From an uncultured Candidatus Binatia bacterium (GTDB lineage: Bacteria; Desulfobacterota; Binatia; UBA9968; JAJDTQ01): a DNA stretch of 64,000 nucleotides. Location: the NCBI GenBank assembly GCA_965242525.1, contig OZ251459.1, positions 1,440,001 to 1,504,000 of the forward strand, read 5' to 3'. Of the stretch, positions 28,779 through 38,097 are shown one piece after another. The translations under genes were made by a program, and so were the position numbers. The first letter of the stretch is position 1; every line of letters starts with the position of its first letter. The notes below the pieces were generated by a model, which worked only from the letters and a program-made list of their open reading frames with translations, was not told the DNA's origin and did no database searches.

Positions 28779-30263
28779 GTGTTCGAAGCAATGGCCGACG
28801 GGCTTACCGCGCTCCTGAGCGTGGAACGGTTTCTGTTCATGACCTTCGGGGTGCTGGTGGGCATGGCGCTGGGGGCCATCCCCGGTCTCGGCGGCGTGGT
28901 GGGCCTCGCCCTGCTGCTGCCGTTCACCTTCGACATGGACCCCACCGCGGCCATCGCCATGCTGGTGGCCCTGTCCTCGGTCCCGGTCACCACCGACACC
29001 ATCCCCTCGGTGCTCTTCGCGGTGCCGGGCACCGTGGGCTCCCAGGCCACCATCCTGGACGGCCACCCCATGGCCCGCAAGGGCGAGGCGGGACGCGCCT
29101 TCGGCGCCGCCTATTTCTCGTCCCTGTTGGGGGGCATCGTCGGCGCCGTGATCCTCGGCATGCTCATCCCCGTGCTCAAACCGCTGGTGCTGCTGTTCGC
29201 CGCACCGGAGCTCTTCTCGCTGGGCATCATGGGCATCTCCATGGTGGCCATCCTGAGCGGCCGGGTGCCCCTCAAGGGCATCGTGGCCGGCGGCATGGGG
29301 CTGCTGCTCTCGATGATCGGCATCGACAAGCAGGAAGGGCTGCTGCGCTGGACCTTCGATTCCCTCTACCTGTTCGACGGCCTGAACATCATCGTGGTGA
29401 GCCTGGGGCTGTTCGCGCTGCCCGAGCTGGCCGACATGGTGATCGAGGGCAAGCAGATCAGCAGCGTGCCCAAGCAGGCCATGAAAGGGGTGGGGCACGG
29501 CATACGCGACGTGTTCGTGAACTGGTGGCTGATGCTGCGCTGCGCCTTCCTGGGGACCTGGATCGGCATCATCCCCGGCCTGGGGTCCGCGGTGGTGGAC
29601 TGGCTGGCCTACGGACACGCCAAGTCCACCTGCCGGGACGCGGCCGGCAGCTTCGGCAGCGGGGACGTGCGCGGGGTCATCGCCCCCGAGAGCGCCAACA
29701 ACGCCAAGCAGGGAGGCGCGCTGGTGCCCACCCTGGCCTTCGGCATCCCCGGCAGCGCCTCCATGGCGCTGCTCATCGGCGCCTTCATGATCCACGGCCT
29801 CCAGCCCGGTCCGGCCATGCTGAACCAGCACCTGGACATCACCTACTCCATCGTGTGGAGCACCGCCATCGCCAACGTCATGGCCACGGCCATCGCCCTG
29901 GGGTTCACCAACCAGTTGGCCAAGCTCTCCTCGGTGCGCATCAACATCCTGGCGCCGCTGGTGACGGTGGTGGTGTTCCTCGCCGCCTACCAGGCCACCG
30001 CCAGCATCTTCGACCTGGTGACGGTGCTGGTCTTCGGACTGCTGGGATGGGTCATGAAACGGTGCGGCTGGCCCCGGCCGCCGCTGCTGCTGGGTTTCCT
30101 GCTGGGCGGGCTCATCGAGCGGTACCTCTTCATTTCCGTCCGCGCCTACGGCGCCGCGTTCCTGGTGAGGCCCCTGGTGCTGGTGGTCCTGGCGGTCACC
30201 ATCGCGACCATCTATTACAGCGTGGTGCAGGAACGCAAGGTGCGGAAACTCGCGGGAGAATGA
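28779..30263 (+). CDS. tctA: Tripartite tricarboxylate transporter large permease
   Basis: DGHPMARKGEA, APESANNAK, FGIPGS, PLLLGFLLG. Confidence 0.92.
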   Translation: MFEAMADGLTALLSVERFLFMTFGVLVGMALGAIPGLGGVVGLALLLPFTFDMDPTAAIAMLVALSSVPVTTDTIPSVLFAVPGTVGSQATILDGHPMARKGEAGRAFGAAYFSSLLGGIVGAVILGMLIPVLKPLVLLFAAPELFSLGIMGISMVAILSGRVPLKGIVAGGMGLLLSMIGIDKQEGLLRWTFDSLYLFDGLNIIVVSLGLFALPELADMVIEGKQISSVPKQAMKGVGHGIRDVFVNWWLMLRCAFLGTWIGIIPGLGSAVVDWLAYGHAKSTCRDAAGSFGSGDVRGVIAPESANNAKQGGALVPTLAFGIPGSASMALLIGAFMIHGLQPGPAMLNQHLDITYSIVWSTAIANVMATAIALGFTNQLAKLSSVRINILAPLVTVVVFLAAYQATASIFDLVTVLVFGLLGWVMKRCGWPRPPLLLGFLLGGLIERYLFISVRAYGAAFLVRPLVLVVLAVTIATIYYSVVQERKVRKLAGE

Positions 30264-30781
30264 CCATGCGCGTCACCCCTTCGCTGCTGTTCACGCTGTT
30301 CGTGGCCGTGGTGGCCGCGGGCTGCGTCTATACCGCCAGGGACTGGCCCCTGGGCACCGGCCTGTTCCCCCGGTTCGTGGGCATCCCCGTGCTGGTGATG
30401 TCGTTGCTGCAGCTCGTCATGGACGGCTACCGCTCCGTGCGGTCGTCCGGCGCGGGCGTCCGGGACACTGGCGACCTGCAGGTGGACTGGACCATGTCCG
30501 CGGCCGAAGTGGCGGCCCGGGGCCTCGTCTTCGCCGCCTGGCTCCTGGGCATGTTCTTCGGCATCCTGCTGTTCGGCTTCTTCATCACCGTGCCGGTCTT
30601 CACGCTGCTGTACCTGAAGTACCAGGCCAAGGAGAGGTGGCCGTTGACCCTGTGGCTCACCGCGGGGATGCTGGTGTTCTTCGTGGGCGTGTTCGACCAG
30701 ATCCTGCACATCCACTGGCTGGCGCCGGTCATCGCCGGTCCCGAGCTCTTCCTCAAGGGGATCATGCCCTGGCTGGGCTGA
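30260..30781 (+). CDS. tctB: Tripartite tricarboxylate transporter small membrane subunit
   Basis: 4-5 TMs, GLFP motif, ATGA overlap with tctA. Confidence 0.85.
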   Translation: MTMRVTPSLLFTLFVAVVAAGCVYTARDWPLGTGLFPRFVGIPVLVMSLLQLVMDGYRSVRSSGAGVRDTGDLQVDWTMSAAEVAARGLVFAAWLLGMFFGILLFGFFITVPVFTLLYLKYQAKERWPLTLWLTAGMLVFFVGVFDQILHIHWLAPVIAGPELFLKGIMPWLG

Positions 30782-30827
30782 CCCCGGCCTTTCCGATTTT
30801 CGCCCGCGCCCGGCCCGGAAAAAAACC

Positions 30828-30866
30828 GGGGGCGCCGGAGAACGGAAGTCTCCGGCGCCCCCTTTT
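30828..30866. terminator. Bidirectional intrinsic terminator
   Basis: 14-bp stem GGGGGCGCCGGAGA/TCTCCGGCGCCCCC followed by TTTT and preceded by an A-run, between convergent genes. Confidence 0.8.
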
Positions 30867-30892
30867 CGAGCGCCCGACGGTGTCGGCCCGCG

Positions 30893-31924
30893 CTATTTCT
30901 TGGGCGCGAAGATCTGCTTCACGATGGCCTTGTCCTCGGGCGCGGCCCCGAGGGAATCCTTCCACATCTTCTGGAGGTTCGCGCCGGTGGTGGGGTTGAC
31001 GGGCCGCTTGAGCTTCTTCGCTTCCGCCAGGAACTTCGGGTCCTTCACGGTGTCGTCGAAGGCCTTGCGCATGAGCGCCACCCGGTCCGCGGGGACTCCC
31101 GGCGGCATGGCGTAGGGACGCCCGTAGCGCGAGAGCAGGAACGTGGCCCGCACCAGGTTCTTCTGCTTCGGGGTCGTGGCGAGGGACTCCAGCAGCGGGG
31201 CGTCGGGGAACTCCGGACTCTTCTTCCCCTCCACCGTGCCGGTCTGGGCCAGCATGACGATGTCGCCCGCCTTCCACATGTCCCCGAGCTGGTCCAGGAA
31301 CGAGGAGGTCACGTTGCCCGACACGTCCACCTCGCCCTGCCGGAAGGCCAGGCTGTACTGGCGCGCGCCCGGATAGCCGAACACGTACTCGAACAGCTTC
31401 TCGCCCCGCAGCTTCTCCAGGATGTTCCCCAGCACGAACCCGCTGGACTGGTTTCCGCTGATGCCGACCCGGGCCAGCTTGCCCGACTGCTTGATGTCGT
31501 CCAGCGACTGGAACCGATCCTTGCGGCTGTAGATCAGGCCGTTCTCGATGACGATGACGCCGATGGCGTTCATCTTGTCGAAGTCGAAGCCGGCCCGGGG
31601 ATCCCCCACCACCTGCCAGTTCCACACCCCCCAGTTGATCTGCTCCATCACCGTGCCGTCGCGCCGCGCCTTGTTGTAGAGGTAGCTGGCCGCCCGGAGG
31701 CCCCCCGCCCCCGGCATGTTCTGCACGATGATCGAGGGGTTGCCCGGGATGTGCCTCCCGATATGGCGCGCGAGCAGCCGCGAGTAGGTGTCGTTGCCGC
31801 CGCCGGGTGACGACGACACGATCAGCCGGACCTTCTTGCCCTCGTAGAAATCGTCGGCCGCCCCTGCCGCACCTGCTCCGAGCAGGAAGAGCGCGAGCGC
31901 CGCAAGACCCAATACAGACTGCAT
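30893..31924 (-). CDS. tctC: TctC/Bug family substrate-binding protein
   Basis: SPGGGNDTYSR, HIPGNP..VQNMPGAGG, PPGVP. Confidence 0.88.
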   Translation of the reverse strand: MQSVLGLAALALFLLGAGAAGAADDFYEGKKVRLIVSSSPGGGNDTYSRLLARHIGRHIPGNPSIIVQNMPGAGGLRAASYLYNKARRDGTVMEQINWGVWNWQVVGDPRAGFDFDKMNAIGVIVIENGLIYSRKDRFQSLDDIKQSGKLARVGISGNQSSGFVLGNILEKLRGEKLFEYVFGYPGARQYSLAFRQGEVDVSGNVTSSFLDQLGDMWKAGDIVMLAQTGTVEGKKSPEFPDAPLLESLATTPKQKNLVRATFLLSRYGRPYAMPPGVPADRVALMRKAFDDTVKDPKFLAEAKKLKRPVNPTTGANLQKMWKDSLGAAPEDKAIVKQIFAPKK

Positions 31925-31993
31925 CGTGTTACCTCCCAGGTTGTTGCCCATGTCCCGGACCACGGGACCGCGGTCCGACTTCACGACCTGCTC

Positions 31994-33022
31994 CTACTTC
32001 TTGCCGAAGATCTCCTTGATGATGGCCTTGTTCTCGGGGGGCGCGTTGAGCACGTCCTTCCAGAGCTGCTGGAGTTGCGCGCCGGTGGACGGGATGATGA
32101 CCCGCTTGAGCTTCCTGGCCTCGTCCAGGAACTTCGGATCGCTCATGGTGGCGGTGAACGCCTTGCGCAGGATCTCCACGCGCTCCTTGGGCACTCCCGG
32201 AGGGAGCGAGTACGGGCGGCCGTAGTGGGTGAGCAGGAACGTGGCCTTGATCAGCTCCCGGTCCTTGTCGCTTTTGGCGTACTCCAGCAGCGTGGGCGTA
32301 TCGGGGAACTCCTTGGTCCGCTTCCCCTCGGGGGTGGGGGCCTGGGCGAGCATGGCGACCTTGCCGTCGTCCCACATGTCACCCAGTTGGTCCCGGAACG
32401 AGCCGGGCGTGTTGCCGGACGACTGGACCTCGCCCTGGCGGAACGCGAGGCTGTACTGCCGGGCGCCCGGATAACCGAAGACGTAGTCGAAGATCTTCTT
32501 CCCCGTCATCTTTTCCATCACCTTGCCCATGGTGTGGCCCAGGGACTGGGGGCCGCTGTTGCCGCTGGTGATGAGCTTGTCCGCGGCCATCACCGAATCC
32601 CAGTCGGGGAACTCCTTCTTGTGGGTGAAGAGGATGGCGCTCTCGATGGCCGCGACGCCCACCGCGTTCATCTTCGCGAAGTCGAACCGCGCGCGCTTGT
32701 CGCCGATGACCTGCCAGAACCACACGCCCCAGTTGATCTGCTCGAACAGCGTGCCGTCCCGCGGCGCCTTGCGGTAGAGGTAGTCCGCGGCCATCAGGCC
32801 GCCGGCCCCGGGCATGTTCTGCACGATGATCGTGGGGTTGCCCGGGATGTGCCGGGAGATATGGCGCGCAATGAGCCGCGAGTAGGTGTCGTTGCCGCCG
32901 CCCGGGGTCGAAGACACCACCAAGCGCACCTTCTTGCCCTTGTAGAAGTCATCGGCGGCGTGGACCGAACCGGATGCCACGACCGCCAACGCCAAAGCCG
33001 CGATCCCTGCCAAACGTTTCAT
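31994..33022 (-). CDS. tctC: TctC/Bug family substrate-binding protein (paralogue)
   Basis: Same motifs as its neighbour. AGGAGG SD upstream of the ATG at 33022. Confidence 0.88.
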   Translation of the reverse strand: MKRLAGIAALALAVVASGSVHAADDFYKGKKVRLVVSSTPGGGNDTYSRLIARHISRHIPGNPTIIVQNMPGAGGLMAADYLYRKAPRDGTLFEQINWGVWFWQVIGDKRARFDFAKMNAVGVAAIESAILFTHKKEFPDWDSVMAADKLITSGNSGPQSLGHTMGKVMEKMTGKKIFDYVFGYPGARQYSLAFRQGEVQSSGNTPGSFRDQLGDMWDDGKVAMLAQAPTPEGKRTKEFPDTPTLLEYAKSDKDRELIKATFLLTHYGRPYSLPPGVPKERVEILRKAFTATMSDPKFLDEARKLKRVIIPSTGAQLQQLWKDVLNAPPENKAIIKEIFGKK

Positions 33023-33104
33023 CTGCACCTCCTGAAGGGTTTTTCCGAGGGTCGTCCGGGAGGCTCGTCCGCGGCTTCTCCCGGGAGCCGTGTGAAAGCG
33101 CGGG

Positions 33105-33154
33105 ATTATAGGTTGGCGACTCCTTGCCTGTCAAGGCGCGCGAGGTTGACAGGC
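33105..33154 (-). promoter_or_regulatory. Sigma70 promoter for the tctC pair, with a back-to-back -35 for the divergent dioxygenase operon
   Basis: Minus strand TTGACA(33134-33129)-N18-TATAAT(33110-33105). Plus strand TTGACA at 33146, forming the inverted repeat GCCTGTCAA/TTGACAGGC. Confidence 0.7.
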
Positions 33155-33206
33155 GCGGCCTTTTCCCATAAGCGCTTCGGTTGCAGATTCGTACCGGAAA
33201 CCCACC

Positions 33207-34169
33207 ATGGCAGAGATCGTCCTGGCCCTGGCCACTTCCCATACACCGCAACTGAGCATTGAGGACTGGCGCATGCTCCAGGCCAAGGACGAGAACGACC
33301 CGAGGATCGACTACCCGGCGCTGCTGGCCGCGGCCGGGCCGGAGGTCCGGCGCGAGGCCACCGAGGACAAGTTCCGCCGGCGGTTCCGGGCGTGCCAGCG
33401 CGCACTGGAGGCGCTGGGGGACCAACTGCGGCAGGCCCGGGCGGACGTGGTGGTGGCCCTCGGCGACGACCAGCACGAACAGTTCCTGGACGACAACCTT
33501 CCCACCTTCGCCATCTACCACGGCGCCGAGCTCGCGGTGCCCGAACGCAAGGGCGCCCTGCCCGAATGGAAGAGGGCCGAGCAACGGCGCTGGGCCGAGA
33601 CCGCGCCGGCCTATCCCAACCACAGGGAACTGGCCGAGTACCTCATCGCCTGGCTCTCGGACCACGAGTTCGACGTGGCCCGCTCCAACCGGCTGCGCCA
33701 GGAGGGCATCGGCCACGCGTTCAGCTTCTTCTACCGGCGCCTCCTGCCCGGCGGCGCCCTGCCCCTGGTGCCGGTGATGGTCAACACCTACTACCCGCCC
33801 AACCAGCCCACGCCCGGACGCTGCTACGCCCTGGGGCGCAGCATCCGCGAAGCCGTCAGGTCCTGGGAATCGGAGGCGCGCGTGGCCGTCCTGGCCTCCG
33901 GCGGCCTGAGCCACTTCGTGGTGGACGAGGAGATGGACCGCCGCACCCTGGACGCACTGGCATCCGGGGACGCGGACGCGCTCTGCGCGCTGCCCCGGGA
34001 GAAGCTCCGCAGCGGCACCTCCGAGATCCTCAACTGGGTCGCCCTGGGCGGGGCCGCAGAGTCCATGGAGATGACCCTGGTGGACTACGTGCCGGGCTAC
34101 CGCTCCCCCGCGGGCACCGGGTGCGGCATGGGGTTCGCATACTGGAGACCGGACTCCCGTGGCGGCTGA
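33207..34169 (+). CDS. Class III extradiol dioxygenase (LigB/DesZ-like)
   Basis: TSHTP, GDDQHEQF, GHAF, SGGLSHF, GTSEILNW. Confidence 0.85.
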   Translation: MAEIVLALATSHTPQLSIEDWRMLQAKDENDPRIDYPALLAAAGPEVRREATEDKFRRRFRACQRALEALGDQLRQARADVVVALGDDQHEQFLDDNLPTFAIYHGAELAVPERKGALPEWKRAEQRRWAETAPAYPNHRELAEYLIAWLSDHEFDVARSNRLRQEGIGHAFSFFYRRLLPGGALPLVPVMVNTYYPPNQPTPGRCYALGRSIREAVRSWESEARVAVLASGGLSHFVVDEEMDRRTLDALASGDADALCALPREKLRSGTSEILNWVALGGAAESMEMTLVDYVPGYRSPAGTGCGMGFAYWRPDSRGG

Positions 34170-34827
34170 ACCCGACCTCGTGCAACGGCTTGCGCGGCTC
34201 GACACCTGCGCGGTCTCCGACGCCCTGGACCGGCTCCGCCTGCCCGGGGCCGCGGTCGGGGTGCACCCGGTGTGGCCCTGCCCGCGGATCTGCGGCCGCT
34301 CGGTCACCATGAAGCTCAAGCCCGCGGGGCTGGACAAGTCGAAGCTGCACCTGGGCGCCCGGGCCATCGAAGCGGCCCGCCCCGGGGACGTCATCGTCAT
34401 CGACAACGGCGGCCGACCGGTTTCCGGCTGGGGCGGGCTGCTCTCCCTTGCGGCCGGCCAGAAAGGGGTCTCGGGCGTGGTGGTGGACGGGGCCTGCCGC
34501 GACGTGGACGAGAGCCGCGAGCTCGGGTTCCCCGTGTACGCCCGGAGCGTGGCGCCCATGACCGCCCGGGGACGCATCCTGGAGCAGTCCTGCAACGAGG
34601 AAATACAGTTCTGCGGGGTCCAGGTGCATCCGGGAGACTTGGTGATCGCCGACGGCAGCGGCGTGGTCTTCATCCCGCGCCCCCGGGAGTCGGAGGTGGT
34701 GGCCCAAGCGGAACGCATCGCCCATCGGGAGAGCCTCATGGCCGCGGAGGTGCGCAAGGGGCGCTCCGTCGGCTCGGTCCTGGGCCGGGACTACGAGTCC
34801 ATGATCGACGAGGGGAACGAGCCGTAG
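34159..34827 (+). CDS. RraA family / HMG-CHA aldolase-like protein
   Basis: VSDALD, WGGLL, DGACRD, GDLVIADGSGVV. Confidence 0.85.
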   Translation: MAAEPDLVQRLARLDTCAVSDALDRLRLPGAAVGVHPVWPCPRICGRSVTMKLKPAGLDKSKLHLGARAIEAARPGDVIVIDNGGRPVSGWGGLLSLAAGQKGVSGVVVDGACRDVDESRELGFPVYARSVAPMTARGRILEQSCNEEIQFCGVQVHPGDLVIADGSGVVFIPRPRESEVVAQAERIAHRESLMAAEVRKGRSVGSVLGRDYESMIDEGNEP

Positions 34828-34914
34828 CTTTCGGACGCTGCGCACGCGGCCGCCCCCCGGCGCCGCGGCCCTGATCCCTCGACCCACCGCGCCCCCTTCC
34901 CGCAGGCCCGCCAC

Positions 34915-36090
34915 ATGCCCAGCCCCGCCGCTCCCGAGCACCCTCCCTTCTGGCAACAGGCTCCGGCGATCCTGCTGCTGACCGTCGTCTTCCTCATGAA
35001 CTTCACCGGACGGGTGGTGCTCGGGCCGTTGCTGCCGTCGGTCGAAAAGGACCTGGCGTTGACCCATGCGCAGGCGGGCATGTCCTTCCTGTTCCTCTCC
35101 GCGGGATACCTCATCGCCATGACCCTCTCGGGCTACTTCTCGGCCCGCCTGAAGCACCGCGGCGCCATCGTGCTGTCGCTGACGCTGCTGGGCGTATCGA
35201 CCCTGGGAGTGGCGTGGGCGCCGACCCTGGCGGCCATGCGCGTGGGGCTGTTCAGCATGGGGTTCGGGTCGGGACTCTACCTGCCGTCGGCCATCGCCAC
35301 CATCACCTCCCTGGTGGCTACCCGGGACTGGGGAAAGGCCATCGCCATCCACGAGCTGGCGCCCAACCTGAGCTTCTTCGGCGTGCCGCTGCTGGCGGAG
35401 TGGTTGCTCCGGGTCTCGTCCTGGCGCGCCTGCCTGCTCTACCTGGGCGTGGCCACCGTGGTGACCGGCGGCGTCTATGCGGTGTTCGGCCGAGGCGGCC
35501 GCTCCGCGGGCCGGCCCCCGGAACTCGCGGTGGTGGGCCAACTCGTGCGCAACCCGCTCCTGTGGGTGGTGCTGCTGCTCTTCGTCACCGGGGTCGGCGC
35601 CACCCTGGGGGTGTTCGCCATGCTGCCCCTCTACCTCGTGTCCACCCGCGGGCTGGAAGAGGGCTGGGCCAACACCCTCACCGGGCTTTCCCGTCTGGCG
35701 TGTCCGCTGGTGGCGCTGGCCGCGGGCTGGGTCTCGGACCGGTTCGGCGTCCGCCGCACCCTGGTGGTGACCCTGATCCTCACCGGCCTCACCACCATGC
35801 TCCTGGGGACTGTGGCCGACTCCTGGCTGACGCTGGTGGTCTTCCTGCAACCCTCGGTCTCCGCGGGCTTCTTTCCCGCGGGCTTCACCGCCCTCTCCAC
35901 CATCGGCGACGCCGGCAGCCGAAGCACCGCGGTGTCGCTGGTGGTGCCCCTGGCCTTCGTGTTGGGCGGCGGGCTCATCCCCTGGTTCCTGGGCCTCAGC
36001 GGCGACCTGGGGGCGTTCCACATGGGCTTCGTGTGGGTGGGGCTGTTCTTCCTGTGGACCGCCTGGCTGGCGCGAGCCACCCGGAACTGA
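34915..36090 (+). CDS. MFS transporter
   Basis: About 12 TMs, GWVSDRFGVRR. Confidence 0.85.
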   Translation: MPSPAAPEHPPFWQQAPAILLLTVVFLMNFTGRVVLGPLLPSVEKDLALTHAQAGMSFLFLSAGYLIAMTLSGYFSARLKHRGAIVLSLTLLGVSTLGVAWAPTLAAMRVGLFSMGFGSGLYLPSAIATITSLVATRDWGKAIAIHELAPNLSFFGVPLLAEWLLRVSSWRACLLYLGVATVVTGGVYAVFGRGGRSAGRPPELAVVGQLVRNPLLWVVLLLFVTGVGATLGVFAMLPLYLVSTRGLEEGWANTLTGLSRLACPLVALAAGWVSDRFGVRRTLVVTLILTGLTTMLLGTVADSWLTLVVFLQPSVSAGFFPAGFTALSTIGDAGSRSTAVSLVVPLAFVLGGGLIPWFLGLSGDLGAFHMGFVWVGLFFLWTAWLARATRN

Positions 36091-36112
36091 CCGGACGCCG
36101 GGGCGCTTGCGG

Positions 36113-36263
36113 GGAACCCTCCATGCGTTGTAGGGAAGATCGGGGGAGCATGGGCGCGTCCTTCGACTTCGCTTCGCTACGCTCAGGACGAACGGGGATG
36201 GGAGTGTCGAGGTGGGGGAATCCATCCCGGATGTTCCGGATGTCCCGACTGTCCGGATGTTCC
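36113..36263 (+). repeat. Miniature element copy 7 (type A; core 36154-36195)
   Basis: Core plus GGAATCCATCC; ends GGAACC.. and ..CGGATGTTCC. Confidence 0.78.
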
Positions 36264-36320
36264 TCAGGTCGGTTCCCCAGGTCGAAAGGCCGCACGCAAA
36301 CGCCGCACGGGAGGATGGCG

Positions 36321-37025
36321 ATGCAGCGAATCATCGGGTACGGACGGGACGACGACTCAGGACAACCCCCCTACCTCCACGCGGACTACCGTTCCACCGA
36401 GTCGAGGGCGCCCCGGCGCCCGCTGGTTCCCCTGGCTCACACCCTGTCGGAGGTCACCGGACCCGTGTACGGCCACGAGAAGGTGGGGGCCATGGACCAC
36501 GACCTGACCCGCCAACACGACGGGGAACCCTTGGGGGAGCGGATCATCGTGTTCGGCCGGGTGATGGACGCCGACGGCAGGCCGGCGCCGGACGCGCTCG
36601 TGGAGCTCTGGCAGGCCAACGCCGCGGGACGCTACCGCCACGACGCCGACAGCCACCCTGCGCCGCTGGACCCCAACTTCAGCGGCGGCGGCCGCTGCGC
36701 CACCGACGCCGCTGGGCGCTACCGCTTCGTCACCATCAAGCCCGCGGCCTATCCCTGGGGCAACGGCCCGAACGCGTGGCGTCCGGCCCACATCCATTTC
36801 TCGCTCTTCGGCGCCGCCTTCGCCACGCGGCTCATCACCCAGATGTATTTCCCCGGCGACCCCCTGATGGCGTGCGACCCGATCCTCAACTCCATCCCCG
36901 ACCCCCGGGCGCGGGAGAGGCTGGTGGCGCGCCTGGACCTGGACGCCGCCGAACCGGAGTGGGCCCTGGCCTACGAGTTCGACATCGTGCTGCGGGGCCG
37001 TGACGCAACCCCCATGGAGTCCTGA
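36321..37025 (+). CDS. pcaH: Protocatechuate 3,4-dioxygenase beta subunit
   Basis: TLSEVTGP, WQANAAGRY, YPW..WRPAHIHFS, TRLITQMYF. Confidence 0.93.
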   Translation: MQRIIGYGRDDDSGQPPYLHADYRSTESRAPRRPLVPLAHTLSEVTGPVYGHEKVGAMDHDLTRQHDGEPLGERIIVFGRVMDADGRPAPDALVELWQANAAGRYRHDADSHPAPLDPNFSGGGRCATDAAGRYRFVTIKPAAYPWGNGPNAWRPAHIHFSLFGAAFATRLITQMYFPGDPLMACDPILNSIPDPRARERLVARLDLDAAEPEWALAYEFDIVLRGRDATPMES

Positions 37026-37029
37026 GGCC

Positions 37030-37614
37030 ATGGCCCGGAAACTCGCCACCACACCGTCCCAGACCATTGGCCCGTTCCACCGGATCATGGTCCCCTGGGA
37101 AGGGGGCGCCGACCTGGCGGCCCCGGACGACCCCCACGCCATCCGGGTGCAGGGACGGGTCCTCGACGGCGCCGGGCAGCCGGTGGACGACTGCTTCATC
37201 GAGGTCTGGCAGGCCAACGTCCACGGCCGCTACGCCCATCCCGAGGACGGCCGTGAAGTCCCGCTGGTCCGGGGTTTCGACGGCTTCGGACGCACCCTCA
37301 CCGACCGGGACGGCCGCTTCCGTATGGTCACGGTCAAGCCCGGCCGCGTCCCCGGACCCGGAGAGACCCTGCAGGCCCCCCATATCTCCCTCTCCCTCTT
37401 CGCCCGGGGCCTGCTCAAGCGGCTGGTGACCCGCCTCTACTTCCCGGACGAGGCCGCGGCCAACGCCGAGGACCCGGTCCTCCGGTCCATCCCCGACCCC
37501 GCCCGCCGCAACACCCTGCTGGCGGCAAGACGGCCAACCCCCAAAACCCCGCCCGTGTACGAGTTCGACATCCACCTGCAAGGCCCCCGGGAAACGGTGT
37601 TCTTCGACGTGTAG
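37030..37614 (+). CDS. pcaG: Protocatechuate 3,4-dioxygenase alpha subunit
   Basis: TPSQTIGP, QAPHI..FARGLL..TRLYF, DIHLQG..ETVFFD. Confidence 0.93.
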   Translation: MARKLATTPSQTIGPFHRIMVPWEGGADLAAPDDPHAIRVQGRVLDGAGQPVDDCFIEVWQANVHGRYAHPEDGREVPLVRGFDGFGRTLTDRDGRFRMVTVKPGRVPGPGETLQAPHISLSLFARGLLKRLVTRLYFPDEAAANAEDPVLRSIPDPARRNTLLAARRPTPKTPPVYEFDIHLQGPRETVFFDV

Positions 37615-37629
37615 GCTTCCGGCGAGGCC

Positions 37630-37672
37630 CGTAGCGGCCTGCCTGCCGAAGGCCAAGCGCCATGCCGCTACG
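37630..37672. repeat. GTAG-type palindrome / hairpin after pcaG
   Basis: CGTAGCGGC..GCCGCTACG, 9-bp arms. Confidence 0.45.
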
Positions 37673-37715
37673 CAGGATTCCGTCACCGGCGGTACCCGTG
37701 GCGGTGGGAATATAG

Positions 37716-37835
37716 GGAACATCTGAACAATCGAGACATCCAGAATGGATTCCCGATTCCCTCACCCTGACGCCCTTACTCCCGTTCGTCCTGAGCGTAG
37801 CGAAGCGAAGTCGAAGGACGCGCTCATGCCCCCTG
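37716..37835 (-). repeat. Miniature element copy 8 (type A, one end truncated)
   Basis: Closely matches the reverse complement of 2109-2247 until it breaks at 37835. Confidence 0.85.
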
Positions 37836-37923
37836 ATATGAAAGTTAGCGAAGTTAGGGTTTTTTTGTAAACCGGGATAACTTTGCTATAAACCGACGCC
37901 GCGGACCCCATCCGCAATCCACA

Positions 37924-38033
37924 GGAAGGTCTGATCCATTCCGGCTTGGACTCCCTGTCCCTGTGGGAAAGCGCGTCCTTCGACTTCGCTTCGCTACGCT
38001 CAGGACGAACGGGGGTAATCGTTCAGGATTTCC
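37924..38033 (+). repeat. Miniature element copy 9 (type B; core 37971-38012)
   Basis: GGAAGGTCTGA..TGGGAAAGCGCGTCC core..GTTCAGGATTTCC. Confidence 0.82.
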
Positions 38034-38097
38034 CGTGAGCTCCCGGAGGCGGCACGCCGCCACCGGAACCGGGCGAGGGGGCTTCGTCCGTGGAACC

